Positions 13,276-26,587 of a stretch of 64,000 bases of DNA are shown here, in pieces. Numbering within the stretch: position 1 is the stretch's first letter; each line of letters begins with the position of its first letter. The translations under genes and the position numbers were made by a program. This stretch comes from Octopus vulgaris (Eukaryota): NCBI GenBank assembly GCA_951406725.2, contig OX597819.1, positions 32,550,001-32,614,000 on the forward strand. The letters run 5' to 3'. The notes below the pieces were generated by a model that made no database searches, was not told the DNA's origin, and saw only the letters and a list, made by a program, of their open reading frames with translations.

Positions 13276-14250
13276 TACAACAGTAAATGCTGATTGTAAC
13301 ATATTTTTGTGGAAACATCACACATGTAATTAGCAGCTGTCCAAAAATGTCATCAAGGTACAATCTCCTTATGCGACACACAAAAACAATATATAATGAC
13401 ATTCGGAAAATAGAATCTGTCCTGGACATATTGAGAATCTCCCTGTTATTGAATATCTAGGAAGCCTCCAAACCGAGTCGTCAAATTAGGAATTTTATGT
13501 GACGATATAGCACAAACTTGTTCACACAAGAGGCCAAGTTATTGACCAATCAGAAACCAGATTTCATGTGATTGCTTCTAGATTCTTCTGGAACATTTCG
13601 GTATAAAGATGCTGTAAAGGCTTGTTTTTAGCACCAACTTCCAGAGTGCGTAGTAATAAATAGTAATCCGCGGTCCAGCTCCAGATACTCGCTTTCCGTT
13701 AAAAACAGTTTCTTTTAACGTCTTTCTGCTCAACATGGATTTGTCGATATGAATCTACTGAGTGTATTTTCTCCTGCTTTGACAAACGTCAGTGGATAGC
13801 TTTTGTAATTAGCTATGTATGAACGCGAGTGAATTATTCTCTCAATTGTGTTGACCTTTTATGCAAATTTATAATTCATCACCAACCTCGATATTGTGTG
13901 GTAAAATAAAAGTAACTATTAAATGTTTGCTTGGTTTTGTTATGTCATTCTCATGCAGCCTCACATACAAATCACCCAAGCAGCAAATGCATACACAAAC
14001 GTCAACAGAGGAAATACTGGTGGAACATTCCCATCAAAACATTTGTCAAGTGTAAGCATAACAGGTCGGACATTGTTCTTTGAGATAAACAAGAAAAAGT
14101 GACTGCTCTCATAGAGGTCATGATGATGTGATTATCTCTTCTAAAATCAAAGAGAAAGATGATAACTATGGACAACTGCATAAACGACCATTTACATTTA
14201 TACAATTACAGTCTGTGACATCCATTTAAATGAATACCATTACAGTCTGT
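13276..14250 (+). pseudogene. Relic of an RLE-type (R4/Dong/NeSL-like) non-LTR retrotransposon C-terminus
   Basis: Manual translation across stops and frameshifts gives KC*L*...ITHVISSCPKMSSRY..MRH (CCHC/RH motif, 13285-13380) and YWWNIPIKT..KCKHNRSDIVL*DKQEK...LIEV (PD-(D/E) nuclease motif, 14015-14120). Confidence 0.65.
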
Positions 14251-15196
14251 AAGTAAAGATATGCAAAATTTTTCCCAAAATGTGACTTTGCTTTTGTTAT
14301 CTACATTCCAAAGATGGAGCTTTGTATCTTTGATAGAAATCAGTTCCTTCCTAAGACGAAGAATTTAAATGATTAAAAACAGAAGAGAACAGACACACAC
14401 ACACACAAATAAACAAACACGCACACACAAACACGCACACACACACGTACACACACCCACACACGTACACACACCCACACATATTAATTCTATGTACATA
14501 TGCTCCAAGTTGTGGACCACAGTTTAACATGTTGACACCTGAACAATTTATTGGAGCACTTATACTAAAAGAGATCACAAGCAGTATGACACTCCTGCTT
14601 ATATATATTCTACAAACTTGAATAAGGTCAAATACTTCTCGTATATAAATATATGTGTATGTTTTTTGGGGAGTGTGGATGTGTGAATGGACGCAATTAT
14701 CAACACATCTATATATATGCAGAAACCCCTTGTGGGTAGTAAAGAAATATATATATATGCAGAAACACGTACATATATATAAATATAAATTCATGTATAT
14801 ATCTATAATATAAATTGGACATGGGCGATCGTTGTATTCTTTCTTGTCTTGAGGTTCACAGCCAAACAGCTGGGTGGATTCGCATTAAAAATGGTACACA
14901 TGTAGACACAGGTACATAGATTGGAATGCGATTTGTATTTTTTTCCCTAGCCCCCACACTTACCGAGAAAATCGATTGAATTTCCCTCTTTCTTCAGCCA
15001 TTAAAACAACCAGTTGCTTAGAAGCTGTTTTCCGACGACGGGGTGGGGCCAGGAAATTTTTATACAACCAGAGGCTTCAATCAAAACAGGGGACCCGAAA
15101 TGATAAGGTTGAGAAACGCAGTTAGATTATGCCTAACCAAAAACAATCATAGCCACATCATCCAAACGGACCGGCTGAAACTGAGCTTAGCTGCCA

Positions 15197-15272
<76 letters not shown>

Positions 15273-15286
15273 ATTTATATATGTAT

Positions 15287-15318
<32 letters not shown>

Positions 15319-15677
15319 TTATATATATATATATATACACACATATACAAGTATATATGTATATATGTGTGTATATATGTATAAATAAAGAGAGAGAGAG
15401 AGAGAGAGAAAGACTGAAAAAGAGAAACAGACGGATACACTGACACGCAGAGATCGATCGATAGATGGACAGTTATGTCGATCGATTGATCGATTGATAA
15501 ATAGATAGATAGGAATGTGTACAGACTTCCATATACCTACTAGAGAATAAAGAATCTAATCCAAACATTTGTTAATAAAATTTATATATTCCACACCTAC
15601 ACACACAGCTTCCCTCTCTCTCTCTCTCTTTCTTTCTTTTTCTCTCTCTCTCTTTTTTCTCTATCTCTCTTTTTCTT

Positions 15678-15712
<35 letters not shown>

Positions 15713-16544
15713 CACATATCTATATGCATACCTATTTTCCAAGATACACCTATATATATAAATTCGTAATTTTTTTAATTAAAGACATGTCCCGCGGAAC
15801 TATATAACGCCATCGTATCTATAACTATAATTAACTTTACACCCCCATGAACTTATATAATAAAGCTAAACATTAATTCATATGCTCCCATATCTCACAT
15901 TTATGTAGACACCTTCTCAGACGTGAGTCTATCCGTACCCCACACCCAAGAATGAAATATGAAACATAAATTTGACTTAAAATTCCTGTTATGTATCCAA
16001 TTAGATAACAGTTATTTATTTGCTTTTCTATACCATGAGATTGTGTATATATTTTGAAATGGGTGTCTATGTAGTATGATAAATTAATGTCGTATTTTGC
16101 ATGGAAATATGAAATATACTTATTCGATACCCGCCGCTTGATTGAGGGCAAAGTGGGAACATTCTAAGTTTAAATTAGTTGTTTATTTAAACATGCTAGC
16201 GAATATAATACGGTAATATAACATATGTTCAGTTTAAATGCAGACGAGTCGTTAAAATAATGCTGGTGTTATTAACTTTAGCTATGTTTTCATTTTCATA
16301 AAAATATGTTATATTAGTCGGTTTTTAATTGAGTAAATAATGGAATTTTAGGATGGTTTTCGGAGCGAAGGTTAAATAATTTTTTTTTATATTGCTAAGC
16401 CAAATCCTTCTATCTAAGAAATATTTGTGCACATATGCCCATAAGCATGTATATACACATATACATACATGTATGCACGCTTATATATGTATGCATATGT
16501 GCGTGCGTGTATTAATCTACGAGTATACAATATTTATGTATACT

Positions 16545-16594
<50 letters not shown>

Positions 16595-16821
16595 GAAGAC
16601 ATTAAATATAACTACACACACAAACAAAGAATCACACGCGAAAAGTCTATACTGGGACTATTTAAAAAGAACAGAAAGATATTTCGAAATATATAACAAG
16701 TTACTATTTCTATCTCTGTTCCCGACTTTTCTTTTCTCCACTGGTAGAAGAAGAAAATGAAAAAGGTCGTTTTTAACTTTTAAATGAATTTAAGATAAGT
16801 ATATTGTAATTCACGAGTTAT

Positions 16822-16869
16822 GTCATGCTGAAGAGTCCAGAAAGACAACGAAATAGTACTATCTACGGC
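16822..16869 (+). ncRNA. Candidate type I hammerhead motif in a (TA)n-adjacent island
   Basis: GTCATG-CTGAAGA-GT...AC-GAAA-TAGTACTA (palindrome)-TC-TACGGC. Stem I pairs 5/6 with G-U. Confidence 0.45.
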
Positions 16870-17145
16870 TACCAGAAACTTTAACGACTACATGTCATGA
16901 AAAAAAAAGAACGTTTCGTAGAAATATATGCATGTTCTTTTCAACCATTGATAAGATTTTTCAATATAAGAAAAATAAATACTGATGCGATTTTCTTCCG
17001 TTATGTAGCGCGCCCTCCACTTCAGTAGTAATTCCCAGTAATTCCACTACAAACACACAGACACACGCACACAGACACACGCACACACACACACGCACGC
17101 ACGCTCGCACACACGCACGCACACTCACACTCACACAAATAAATA

Positions 17146-18356
17146 CGAGGGTCGTCTGAAAAGTTTATAGGCTGACCAAGATACTCTCATGGAATGAGAC
17201 CAAATGACGTTTGTTTTTCAACTGTCTCCCTTGCGGTCCACACATTTCTTCCATCGGTGTCGCGGTGCTTGGATCCCATTGTTGAAGCTTTCATCCTGTT
17301 GGTCAAAAAATTCTTCAGCAGTAGATATGACGTTATCATCACTACCATACTGCTTGCCGGCCATGTACTTTTTCATGTTGCGGAACAGATGACAGTTAGA
17401 TGAAGTCGAGGGTGATCAACCCGTTCAAACCTACAGTGACGCACAACAGCCATTAAAAACAAGGACTTGAGTGCTGGAGCATTGTCCTGATGAAACAAAA
17501 CCCATTTTGTCAATTTCCTTGGCGTTTGGTCTTGATAGCTTTTTGTAACTTCCCCAGCAAGTTGACACAGTAATCTCCATTGATGGCGTGGCCCTTTTGA
17601 AGATAGCCAATAAAAACAATGCCTTTTGCATTTCAAAAGACTGAGGCCATTACCTTCCCTACAGGTGAAATTACCTTAGCCTTCTTTAAAATGGGTGAGT
17701 GGGTGGAATGCTTCCTCTGTATGTTTTGCCTCTTTGTCTCTTGTTCCAATTAAGGAATCTAACACTCATCCCGGCTTAGGAAACGTTCAAAGTAACTAAC
17801 TGGTTCTGCTTCAAATAATATCAGGTTCTGCCTCAAACAATATTAAGCCTTTTGCGATCTTGATCAGGAGTCAGACAACGTGGCCCTCACAGAACCGAAA
17901 ACCTTTGTTTCATTGCACAGAGTATTCTCAACTCTCTCACGGGATATACTAATAGAACTGACTATTTCAATTATACCCAATCGCCTGTCATCCACCAGCA
18001 TGTGGTGAATACGATCAATTATTTCCTTGGTGGTGGCAGTTGCACGATATCCAGATCTTAGGTCGTCATCAAGATTCTCCTTTCCTTTTTTAAAGTCAAC
18101 TGCCCACTTTTTTGCACTGTTGATAAAGTTGGAGCGTCATCCTCGAATGTAGCAACCATGGCAGTATGGATGTCATTAGAGGAAAGACCATTTTTTCGCA
18201 GGTACTTGATAACACTCGAACGCAACATTTTGTCAGTTTTCAAGATAAGTTGCCACTAGTTACTTTTGAAGTCTTCTTTGAAATTGGAATGAAACAATAT
18301 AGTTATTTAGTTATTTATAAGAAAAGTCACACTACAAACTTTTCAGCGTACCCTAG
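17146..18356 (-). mobile_element. Decayed mariner-family (Tc1/mariner) DNA transposon
   Basis: TIRs CGAGGGTCGTCTGAAAAGTTT (after TA at 17144-17145) and AAACTTTTCAGCGTACCCTAG (18336-18356). Minus-strand fragments give an HTH-like RSSVIKYL...IH..MVATFEDDAPT.STVQK and catalytic FHQDNAPA...VDHP. Confidence 0.9.
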
Positions 18357-18395
18357 TGTGTGTCTGTGTCTGTATATGAATATATATATATAGAT

Positions 18396-18599
18396 TTCAA
18401 AATGTGACCTCGTGTGTACCGTTGGCGATTTTTTTCCTCTGTCTTCCCTTCTCTGGATCTTTCCTTCTCCTATGTTTCCGACGAAGAGCTCCGCTCGAAA
18501 CGTTAAACCCTCCTTCTTTCCTGAGCGTCCAATAATACTATATTTGTTCCACGTCCTCGCGTTGTTGTGTTTTTTGTGCTTTCTTGTTTGGATTAACTT

Positions 18600-18602
<3 letters not shown>
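18396..18602 (+). mobile_element. (TA)n-embedded repeat family P2 with minimal hammerhead-like motif
   Basis: Homologous to 46597-46797 and 49815-50135. GTTT-CCGACGA-AGAGC TCC GCTC-GAAAC-GTT-AAAC at 18474-18508. Confidence 0.7.
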
Positions 18603-18662
<60 letters not shown>

Positions 18663-19213
18663 AATATATATAACAATAATAAATCTCTGGGCGTCGCTGA
18701 TTTCAAGAAAGAAGAAACAAGCGACAATAGATCTCTGAGCGAGATGTAAACAGTAGCAGCACGACATCGTGAAATGTACCTAAACGTGGCTGACCCATAT
18801 GGGACGAAGCTAGTGTTATTTAAAGCCCCAGGAAGACGTCTCCTCCAGCTGGCTAACGACACACGGTTTCTCCCTTTTCGAGATCAGCGACGGTTTGTCA
18901 CCGGAGAAAGCATACAGTATTTTGCGTTTGGAATCAGTTCTCGTTCCTAGATGATGACAGACATACGCTGATGATGGGTTGTAATTAGAAACCCTGATCC
19001 GTGTGTATCACGTAAGTTTAGAGATGGGAACGATGGCTTCCCTTCGCAAATACTGATCGGACACAGACAGTGCTTCAGCGACATTTAGGTGGCAAATATG
19101 CTTCACGATATATATATATATATATAACGGGAAAGTTTACGAAAATATACAAAAGACGAAGGCAGGTGGAGTACAAACAGACAAATGCATAAGTATAGCG
19201 CTCAGGAATAGAA

Positions 19214-19275
<62 letters not shown>

Positions 19276-19403
19276 GTGTGTGTATATATATGTATGTATA
19301 TATACATATATATATGTGTGAGTGTGTATGTCTATATGTATATATATACATATATCTACGTATATACATGTATATATGTATATATGTATATATGTATATA
19401 TGC

Positions 19404-19611
19404 TTCTTTATTACCCACAAGGGGCTAAACATAGAGGGGTCAAACAAGGACAGACAAACGAATTAAGTCGATTACATCAACCCCAGTGCGTAACTGGTAC
19501 TTAATTTATCGACCCCAAAAGGATGAAAAAGGCAAAGTCGACCTCGGCGGAATTTGAACTCAGAACGTAACGGCAGACGAAATACGGTTACGCATTTCGC
19601 CCGGGGTGCTA
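19404..19611 (-). mobile_element. SINE family A (head clipped)
   Basis: Reverse complement of the family A body and tail. Confidence 0.9.
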
Positions 19612-19642
19612 TACATGTATATGTATATAGCATGTATATATG

Positions 19643-19716
<74 letters not shown>

Positions 19717-19946
19717 GGCGGCGAGCTGGCAGAAACGTTAGCACGCCGGGCGAAATGCGTTGCTGTATTTCGTCTGCCGTTACGTTCCGAGTTCAAATTC
19801 CGCCGAGGTCGACTTTGCCTGTCATCCTTCCGGGGTCGATAAATTAAGTACCAGTTACGCACTGGGGTCGATGTAATCGACTTAATCCGTTTGTCTGTCC
19901 TTGTTTGTCTCCTCTGTGTTTAGCCCCTTGTGGGTAGTAAAGAAAT
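19717..19946 (+). mobile_element. SINE family A, full length
   Basis: GGCGGCGAGCTGGC head to gtagtaaagaaat tail. Confidence 0.9.
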
Positions 19947-20192
19947 ATATATACATATATATATAAATGCATACATACATATATTATATTACACATAAAA
20001 CTATCAGTTATATGCATAACGAGTGTAAAGGAGCATACAGAAAATTCATCTAAAGGTTATAAAAACCATGTTTTCATCCAATACACTTATATATTAAGTA
20101 ATTAATCACAACTATTATGCAATGAACCTACTGATTTATGAATGGTATATAGAAATTATCGCGAAATTGCTATATCAATTGCGTTATACGTA

Positions 20193-20244
<52 letters not shown>

Positions 20245-20377
20245 TGTATGCATGTGAGTGTGTATATAAAGGTATCTATGTATGCATGTATATACCTAGA
20301 TATAATATATGTAATACATATATTATATGTGTGTGTATACGCACGTGCACGCACACACACGCACACAGATACACATG

Positions 20378-20453
<76 letters not shown>

Positions 20454-21181
20454 TATATAATGTACTTGATTAACTATTGGTTTCGTTATAATTAAATTTA
20501 ACAATAACTCTTTGTACGGTAGAGGGAATTTTCTATGAATAAAATATTTGCTTTATATAGATAATAGAACAGATTTATAATTATTATCTATTTGAGTGAT
20601 AATTGGTAGTTTCTAACTTGGCGAGTAAAATAAATGGATTAATACGTTATTGCTAAACTTTAAGCTATTCGTTAGAATGAAATTCTTCAAAATATTTGAT
20701 AGATGTGATTAATTTCCTTTTGACAGACTACAGAGCTGCTAACTGATCACTTTACCTGCTAGAAATAGCAGACAAATCTTATTCAAACCAAACCATTCAT
20801 CTTAAGTAAGGAATAATTTTCTAAAGCTTTATTTAAGTAATGAAGCACAATGCATATCCTCGCTGTCAAATTAGCCGTGACTTATGGGAGCCGAAGGGGA
20901 AAGTTCTGATTAAGCTTACACCTGGTGACATGCTAAGTTTACCACGTCAAAATCGAGCGTCGGATTAAGCCTGGCGCAATGAATAATGTTCAGAGTCGTA
21001 ATATGAAACGGGTTGGTCACGTATGGAACGCTTCTGATCTGTGCTGACCAAATGCTAAACTGCAACACCAGAGTCGTAGCATCACTTCATCTTTTGTAAG
21101 TTATCAATCTAAATTTTCACGATTCCAAACAGCATGGTCTCGCGTTTGATTCTACAGAGCAGCATAGTGCCAAAGTTTACA

Positions 21182-21812
21182 AACTTAGCGGAATACCATG
21201 TTTTATTAACTTAGTGGAGCTCTATTTTTTATTAACTCAGTAGTGCACTGTGGTTTATTAATTCTGCAGAATACCAAAATTCATTCACTCAATTAACAAC
21301 TATGGTTCATTAGCTGATTTGAATGTCATGAACAATTAATTCGGCTGCTTATTATGTTTCATCAAACCAATAGGGTATCATTCTTCAGTAACTCAATAGA
21401 GTACTTATAGCTGATTAATTCAGAACAGTATCATGGCTCATTAACTAAGAGGAGTACTATGAATTATGAATTCGGTAGAGTACCATTTTTCATTCGTTCA
21501 GTAGTTAGTTAGTTAGTTAGTTAATTTGGCTCAAAAGCAAATAGCAAGGCCATGTAGGGGGACATGGAGTTAAGTACAGGGTGGTGTTCATGTAAAGAGT
21601 TCAGGCCACTTGAGGTCAAGGCAGGCTTTGAACAAAGCGGTCGTCGGCATCTTCACCATCTCGTCTGGCAGCTTGTTCCACGGATCCGCAACCCGGACGG
21701 AGAAAGCTCCTCTCCTTCGATTTAGATGAAATCGTCGCAGGTAGAGCTTTTCGGAATGACCCCGCAGTAGAGTATTATGGTTCATTAACCAAGCTGAATA
21801 TCATGCCTGACT
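21182..21812. repeat. Degenerate 26-bp minisatellite (~14 units) interrupted by a LINE
   Basis: Units start at 21182, 21208, 21234, 21260 ... 21495. Consensus approximately AACTCAGTAGAGTACTATGGTTCATT. Phase resumes at 21771. Confidence 0.75.
21505..21767 (-). mobile_element. Short 3' fragment of the same CR1-group LINE
   Basis: Near-identical to 13011-13274 (about 4 substitutions by eye). (TTAG)n tail. CAGTAG duplicated at 21499-21504 and 21765-21770. Confidence 0.95.
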
Positions 21813-21865
21813 AATTGTTGCTACCGTTTTTTACAAGCCCATTGCCATAATACCTGAGTTAATAT

Positions 21866-22079
21866 CGGCTTTAATTTTTGGCACAAGGCCAGCAATTTTG
21901 GGGGAGCGGCTAAGCTGATTACCTCGACCCCAGTATTCAACTGGTACTTATTTTATCGATCCAGAAAGAAGGAAAGGTAAAGTTGACCTCAGCGGAAGTT
22001 AATCTCGTAACATAAAGACGGATTAAAGGCCACTGAGCATTTTGTCCAGCGTGCTAACGATTCTACCAGCTCGTCGCTT
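21866..22079 (-). mobile_element. Older SINE family A variant with alternative 3' tail
   Basis: Family A head and central block with tail ...aaaattgctggccttgtgccaaaa. TSD-like TAATACCTGA(G/A)TTAATAT at 21848-21865 and 22080-22097. Confidence 0.75.
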
Positions 22080-22524
22080 TAATACCTGAATTAATATTGA
22101 CTTCGAAGTTTGGCAAATGCCACATGATTTTAAAAGTCGATTAGAGTCACACCGATACATAACTGGAATTTGTTGCATCGACCAACATCTGAGGAAATAT
22201 TTTAAAATACTGTTAAAAGAAATGTCTATTACAGTATCAATGAAATCATATGGTCGCTTGTTTCATTCATTGACCTGTGTCTATGTTAGGCCACCGCTTT
22301 GAGGGATTCAGTTCATGGAATCAGTCCCACAGCTTTTTTTAAGTCTGGTACTTACTATATCGGGTTCTTTTTGCTAAACTGTTTGGTTGCAGAGTATTAA
22401 AGAATAACACCGTTGATAAACTGTTAGAAAGAATGACGCGCACTAATGTGAATATATACATACTTACACTTAGATGGGTACAAGTTTAAGTATATAAATG
22501 CATACAAATACATATATATACATA

Positions 22525-22576
<52 letters not shown>

Positions 22577-22721
22577 AACATATATGTATACATATATTTG
22601 TGTATATATATTATATCTATACATATACACGTACATACATATACACACATATACACGCGCACACATATGTATGTGTCTCTTTATATATATGCATATATTT
22701 GTATATGTGTGTATGAGTATG

Positions 22722-22766
<45 letters not shown>

Positions 22767-23556
22767 GTATATATATTATATATACATATAGATAAATACA
22801 AACATACATACATGCATGCATGCATACATACATACATACATACATGCATGCATGCATGCATACATACATACATACATACATACATACATACATACATACA
22901 TACATACATACATACATACATACATACATACAACAAATTAAAGTATAAATATAATTTTTTCAGCAAATTATTCAGTAAGTAGTTCAATGCTGGGAAGGGA
23001 GAAATTAACAAATATTTAACGAAAGAAAAATCTATTTGAAATGGGAAATTACAATATTTCTCTATACACAATATTGTAATGTTTCCCCAAAGGAGAAAAT
23101 ACGTAAAGATTAACTGTTCCTATCCTTGGATCACCTTACATGAAGCTTACCGTAAGAAAGCCGGTCTTAATTTAATTGCAGATCAAAGACAATCAGTATT
23201 TTCCTTGCGATTTGTTGGGGGACATGGTAAACATAATCTTGCTGAAAATTGTAAGCGCTTAGCCTGAAATGGTATCTCTGTGTCACGTGATCTATTATAG
23301 AAATAATTGTATCTTCTGCTTGGATTTGTACTTCAAAAACTTGACTTTAAACTGCATCCGGTAGTGGGACTTGATCCGTAATTCGGGTGTTCCAGAATTT
23401 TATGAGGTGTGGAAATACCGCTTAGCCACCACTGTTCCCATGTGAAACGGGGTTATGACAACTCTCAGTCTCCCAGCTATGGGTTAATTAGCATATCAAA
23501 GCTTGCCTACCAATGTATGGGAAGACTGGTTCGGGCAGACACTGCGGGGAAAACAT

Positions 23557-23872
23557 GGAAGCACTCCGTCGGTTACGACGACGAGGGTTCCGGTTGATCC
23601 CAATCAACGGAAAGCCTGCTCGTGAAATTAACGTGTAAGTGGCTGAGCACTCCACAGACACGTGTAACCTTAACGTAGTTCTCGGGGATATTCAGCGTGA
23701 CACAGAGAGTGACAAGGCCGGCCCTTTGAAATACAGGTACAACAGAAACAGGAAGTAAGAGTGAGAGAAAGTTGTGGTGAAAGAGCACAGCAGGGATCAC
23801 CACCATCCCTGCCGGAGCCACCATTCCCAGACCGGGCGTTGTGAGTGTTTATTGAGCGAAAACACCTAAAAA
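23557..23872 (-). mobile_element. SINE family C (tail 2) with inverted 5' segment
   Basis: 23557-23818 is the minus-strand 3' part and 23823-23871 is a plus-strand head segment. TSD GGGAAAACAT at 23547-23556 and 23873-23882. Confidence 0.85.
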
Positions 23873-24780
23873 GGGAAAACATAGTCATCATTGTTCAACG
23901 GAAAGAAGGTGGTTGCAGTAACGCACGGTTGGAGTGCAGAGAGCGACGTGAGGTAAACAAGACAACTTGGCCTTCCACTGCATCCGTTTCCATTCCCAGT
24001 CGCACAACACTTTTTACGTTAAACCAAGTCATCAGACAAGTAATCAATCATCCTCAAGGATGAATATATGATCGTCATCGCTCCCGCGGATGAACATTAC
24101 TAATCCGGTACCACAGCAGAACTTAGGCTTAACTAAATGTTGCTGAAGCATTGTAAGAGCTCAAAGTAAATTTCTAGCTGAAGAAGAGGCGATACTGGCG
24201 GTTTAAAAAATTTAGAAATTCCATTGTATTTTTAGCAGCTTCGTCTTGATCAATAACCGTATCAGTTGGAAGAAAGGCGCTTTGTTGGTGAGAAAGCTAA
24301 AAGTACATTTTTTAAAGAATATATAACAATATTGATTAACCTAGATAATTTTAAAAAATCAAATTGTAATTTTATGTGTCTGAAACAACCTGAATCAGAC
24401 CGCCCTTTTCACATGCATTTTAAAGGAAGTTATGAATTTTGTAGTCAAAGGGAGAAACCTTCAATCCCTTTCTTTTATCATATATATTTTTAAATTGTAA
24501 AGCTTGCTCATCTATGCGCGCGAAGACTGGATCCTGTGGATTCTGCGGAAGAAACCTTTATGCTTCAACGGTGAGGAAGGTGGCTGCAGTAACGCATTGC
24601 GTTGTGCAGAGAGCAAGATGAGCCTTGGTTATCCACTGCATCTATCTCCATCTCCTGTCGTCTTCACCTATACTTGCCACTGGATTGCAGATGGTCTGTG
24701 ACGAGAGAGACGTCGACAATGCGCAACTTTTCGCCATGCAAGACATCAGTCATCTTTCACTCTGGATAACTAGACGGTAC

Positions 24781-25170
24781 AATATTGGTTAAAATTTTGA
24801 CACAAGGTCATCAATTTCAGTGGATGGGTAAGTCGATTACATACACCCCATTGCTCAAATGGTACTTATTTTACCGATCTTGAAAGGGACAAAAAGCAAA
24901 GTCTCACTTCGGCGGAATTATATTTCAGAATAAAAAGACGGACGAAATGTGGCTCAGCATTTTGCCCGATGTGCTAAAGATTCTACCAGCTCGCTGCCTT
25001 GTTATGTAATGAATGGTTGTGTGGTAAGAAGCTTGCTTCACAACCACATGGTTTCGAGTTTAGGCCCACTGCGTGACACCTTGGGCAAACGTCTTCTGCC
25101 ATAGCCTCGGGCCGACCAAAGCCTTGTGAGTAGATTAGGCAAATGGAAACTGAAAGAAGCTCGTTACATA
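24781..25170. mobile_element. Head-to-head degenerate SINE A variant (-) and SINE B 5' half (+)
   Basis: ...ctaccagctcgctgcctt at ~25000, then tggttgtgtggtaagaagcttgcttc...ccttgggcaaa. Confidence 0.75.
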
Positions 25171-25180
25171 TATATATATA

Positions 25181-26587
25181 CGGTAGCAGTTGAATAATAT
25201 TCTTAAGGCCGTAATTTACTCACACGTAGCATCTTCCACAACTTTGTCGCTAATTCAGTTCTTAACTAAATTGAAAATTGTTAATATTTTAGACGGGAAC
25301 TGTTCCCTAGCTACATTTTGCCATAAGAAAATTGAGATTTGGTCCAGAAGAAAAAAAAATCTACATTAAAATTTTTAGCAACGTTATTGGAAAGTAAGTA
25401 AGGCCTCCAGTCAAGTTTATATCTAAATAGCATTTTTATTTTAAAAGCAAAATATATTTATCCTAACTTCAATGATAGAAGAAAGCATGAGGAATTAAAT
25501 AGTTGTGGTCCCATGCAACAAAAATGTGTATTAAAAAAGTTGTGATGTAAAATATGAAATATAAGGCAAGAAATTGGATTTAAGTATCATTAACTTCTTT
25601 ATTTTAAAAACAAGCTTTATTTTAATTAAGCTTAAATGATAGACAATTTTCAATAGGGTAAAATCTTAAATTATTAATTGACACATTATTAATTAGCGGA
25701 ATAGCATAACCTGGAAAAACCATGGATTACATGGAAAAAATGCAAGCAAGAGAAATAATATTCTTAAAATTAAAAACCTGAAACAATACAGTAAAAGTGA
25801 TTACACTTTGGAAAGTTCAGGGCAGGTTATTACATCTGGTAAAACGCAGAACAAGAAAATTTTTACTTAAAGTATTGCAGCTAAGGATAAAATTAGAATA
25901 TTAAAAATTATTTGATTTTAATTTGCAACATAACTTTATAATAAAAAAAAAAGTACCATCATTTTTTTAAAACATTGACACAAAAGAATACTTTAAAAAT
26001 GAGAGCCAGAAGTACCAGCATAGATAAAGTTTTATGCAAAATAGTGTAGTACATATTGTAGGCCAATTCATTATGTAAAAAATAGTCATTGGTCAAGACT
26101 AAAAATCTGAAGACTTGGCAATAACTCAAGCAAATTATACTGTGAATTTTTTGTTATAGGTAGATTTTACTGTAATATATAACTAATTTTTGTATTATTC
26201 TATTTATTGTACTAACAAATTTGTACTACTATTATTTTTATAACCTATTTTCAAATTTCTAATTATTAATTAATAATTAAAAAAATGAATTTTTTAAAGG
26301 GAAAAAATATTTTGAATTTTTTAAAGTGCAAAAATATTTTGAGTTAGTTTTAATTTTTAATAGACTTAACAATTATAGTAATAGAATAACGCATAAAAGT
26401 GATAACTTGTAATAAAATTTCTAGTTTTAATAAAAGCTAATATTTTCTAAATCTCAATATTTTATTTGAAATTTTATCCTTAGCTACAATATTTTAAGTA
26501 ATGTATTTTATCAGATGTAATAACATGCACTGAACTCTTCCAGGTTTATAATCTTAAGAATATTATTACACTTGCTCGCATATTTCC
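25181..26587. repeat. AT-rich fold-back-like element with internal inverted arms
   Basis: 25733-25895 and 26470-26587 are diverged inverted repeats. The left part is homologous to 7640-8120. Confidence 0.6.
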
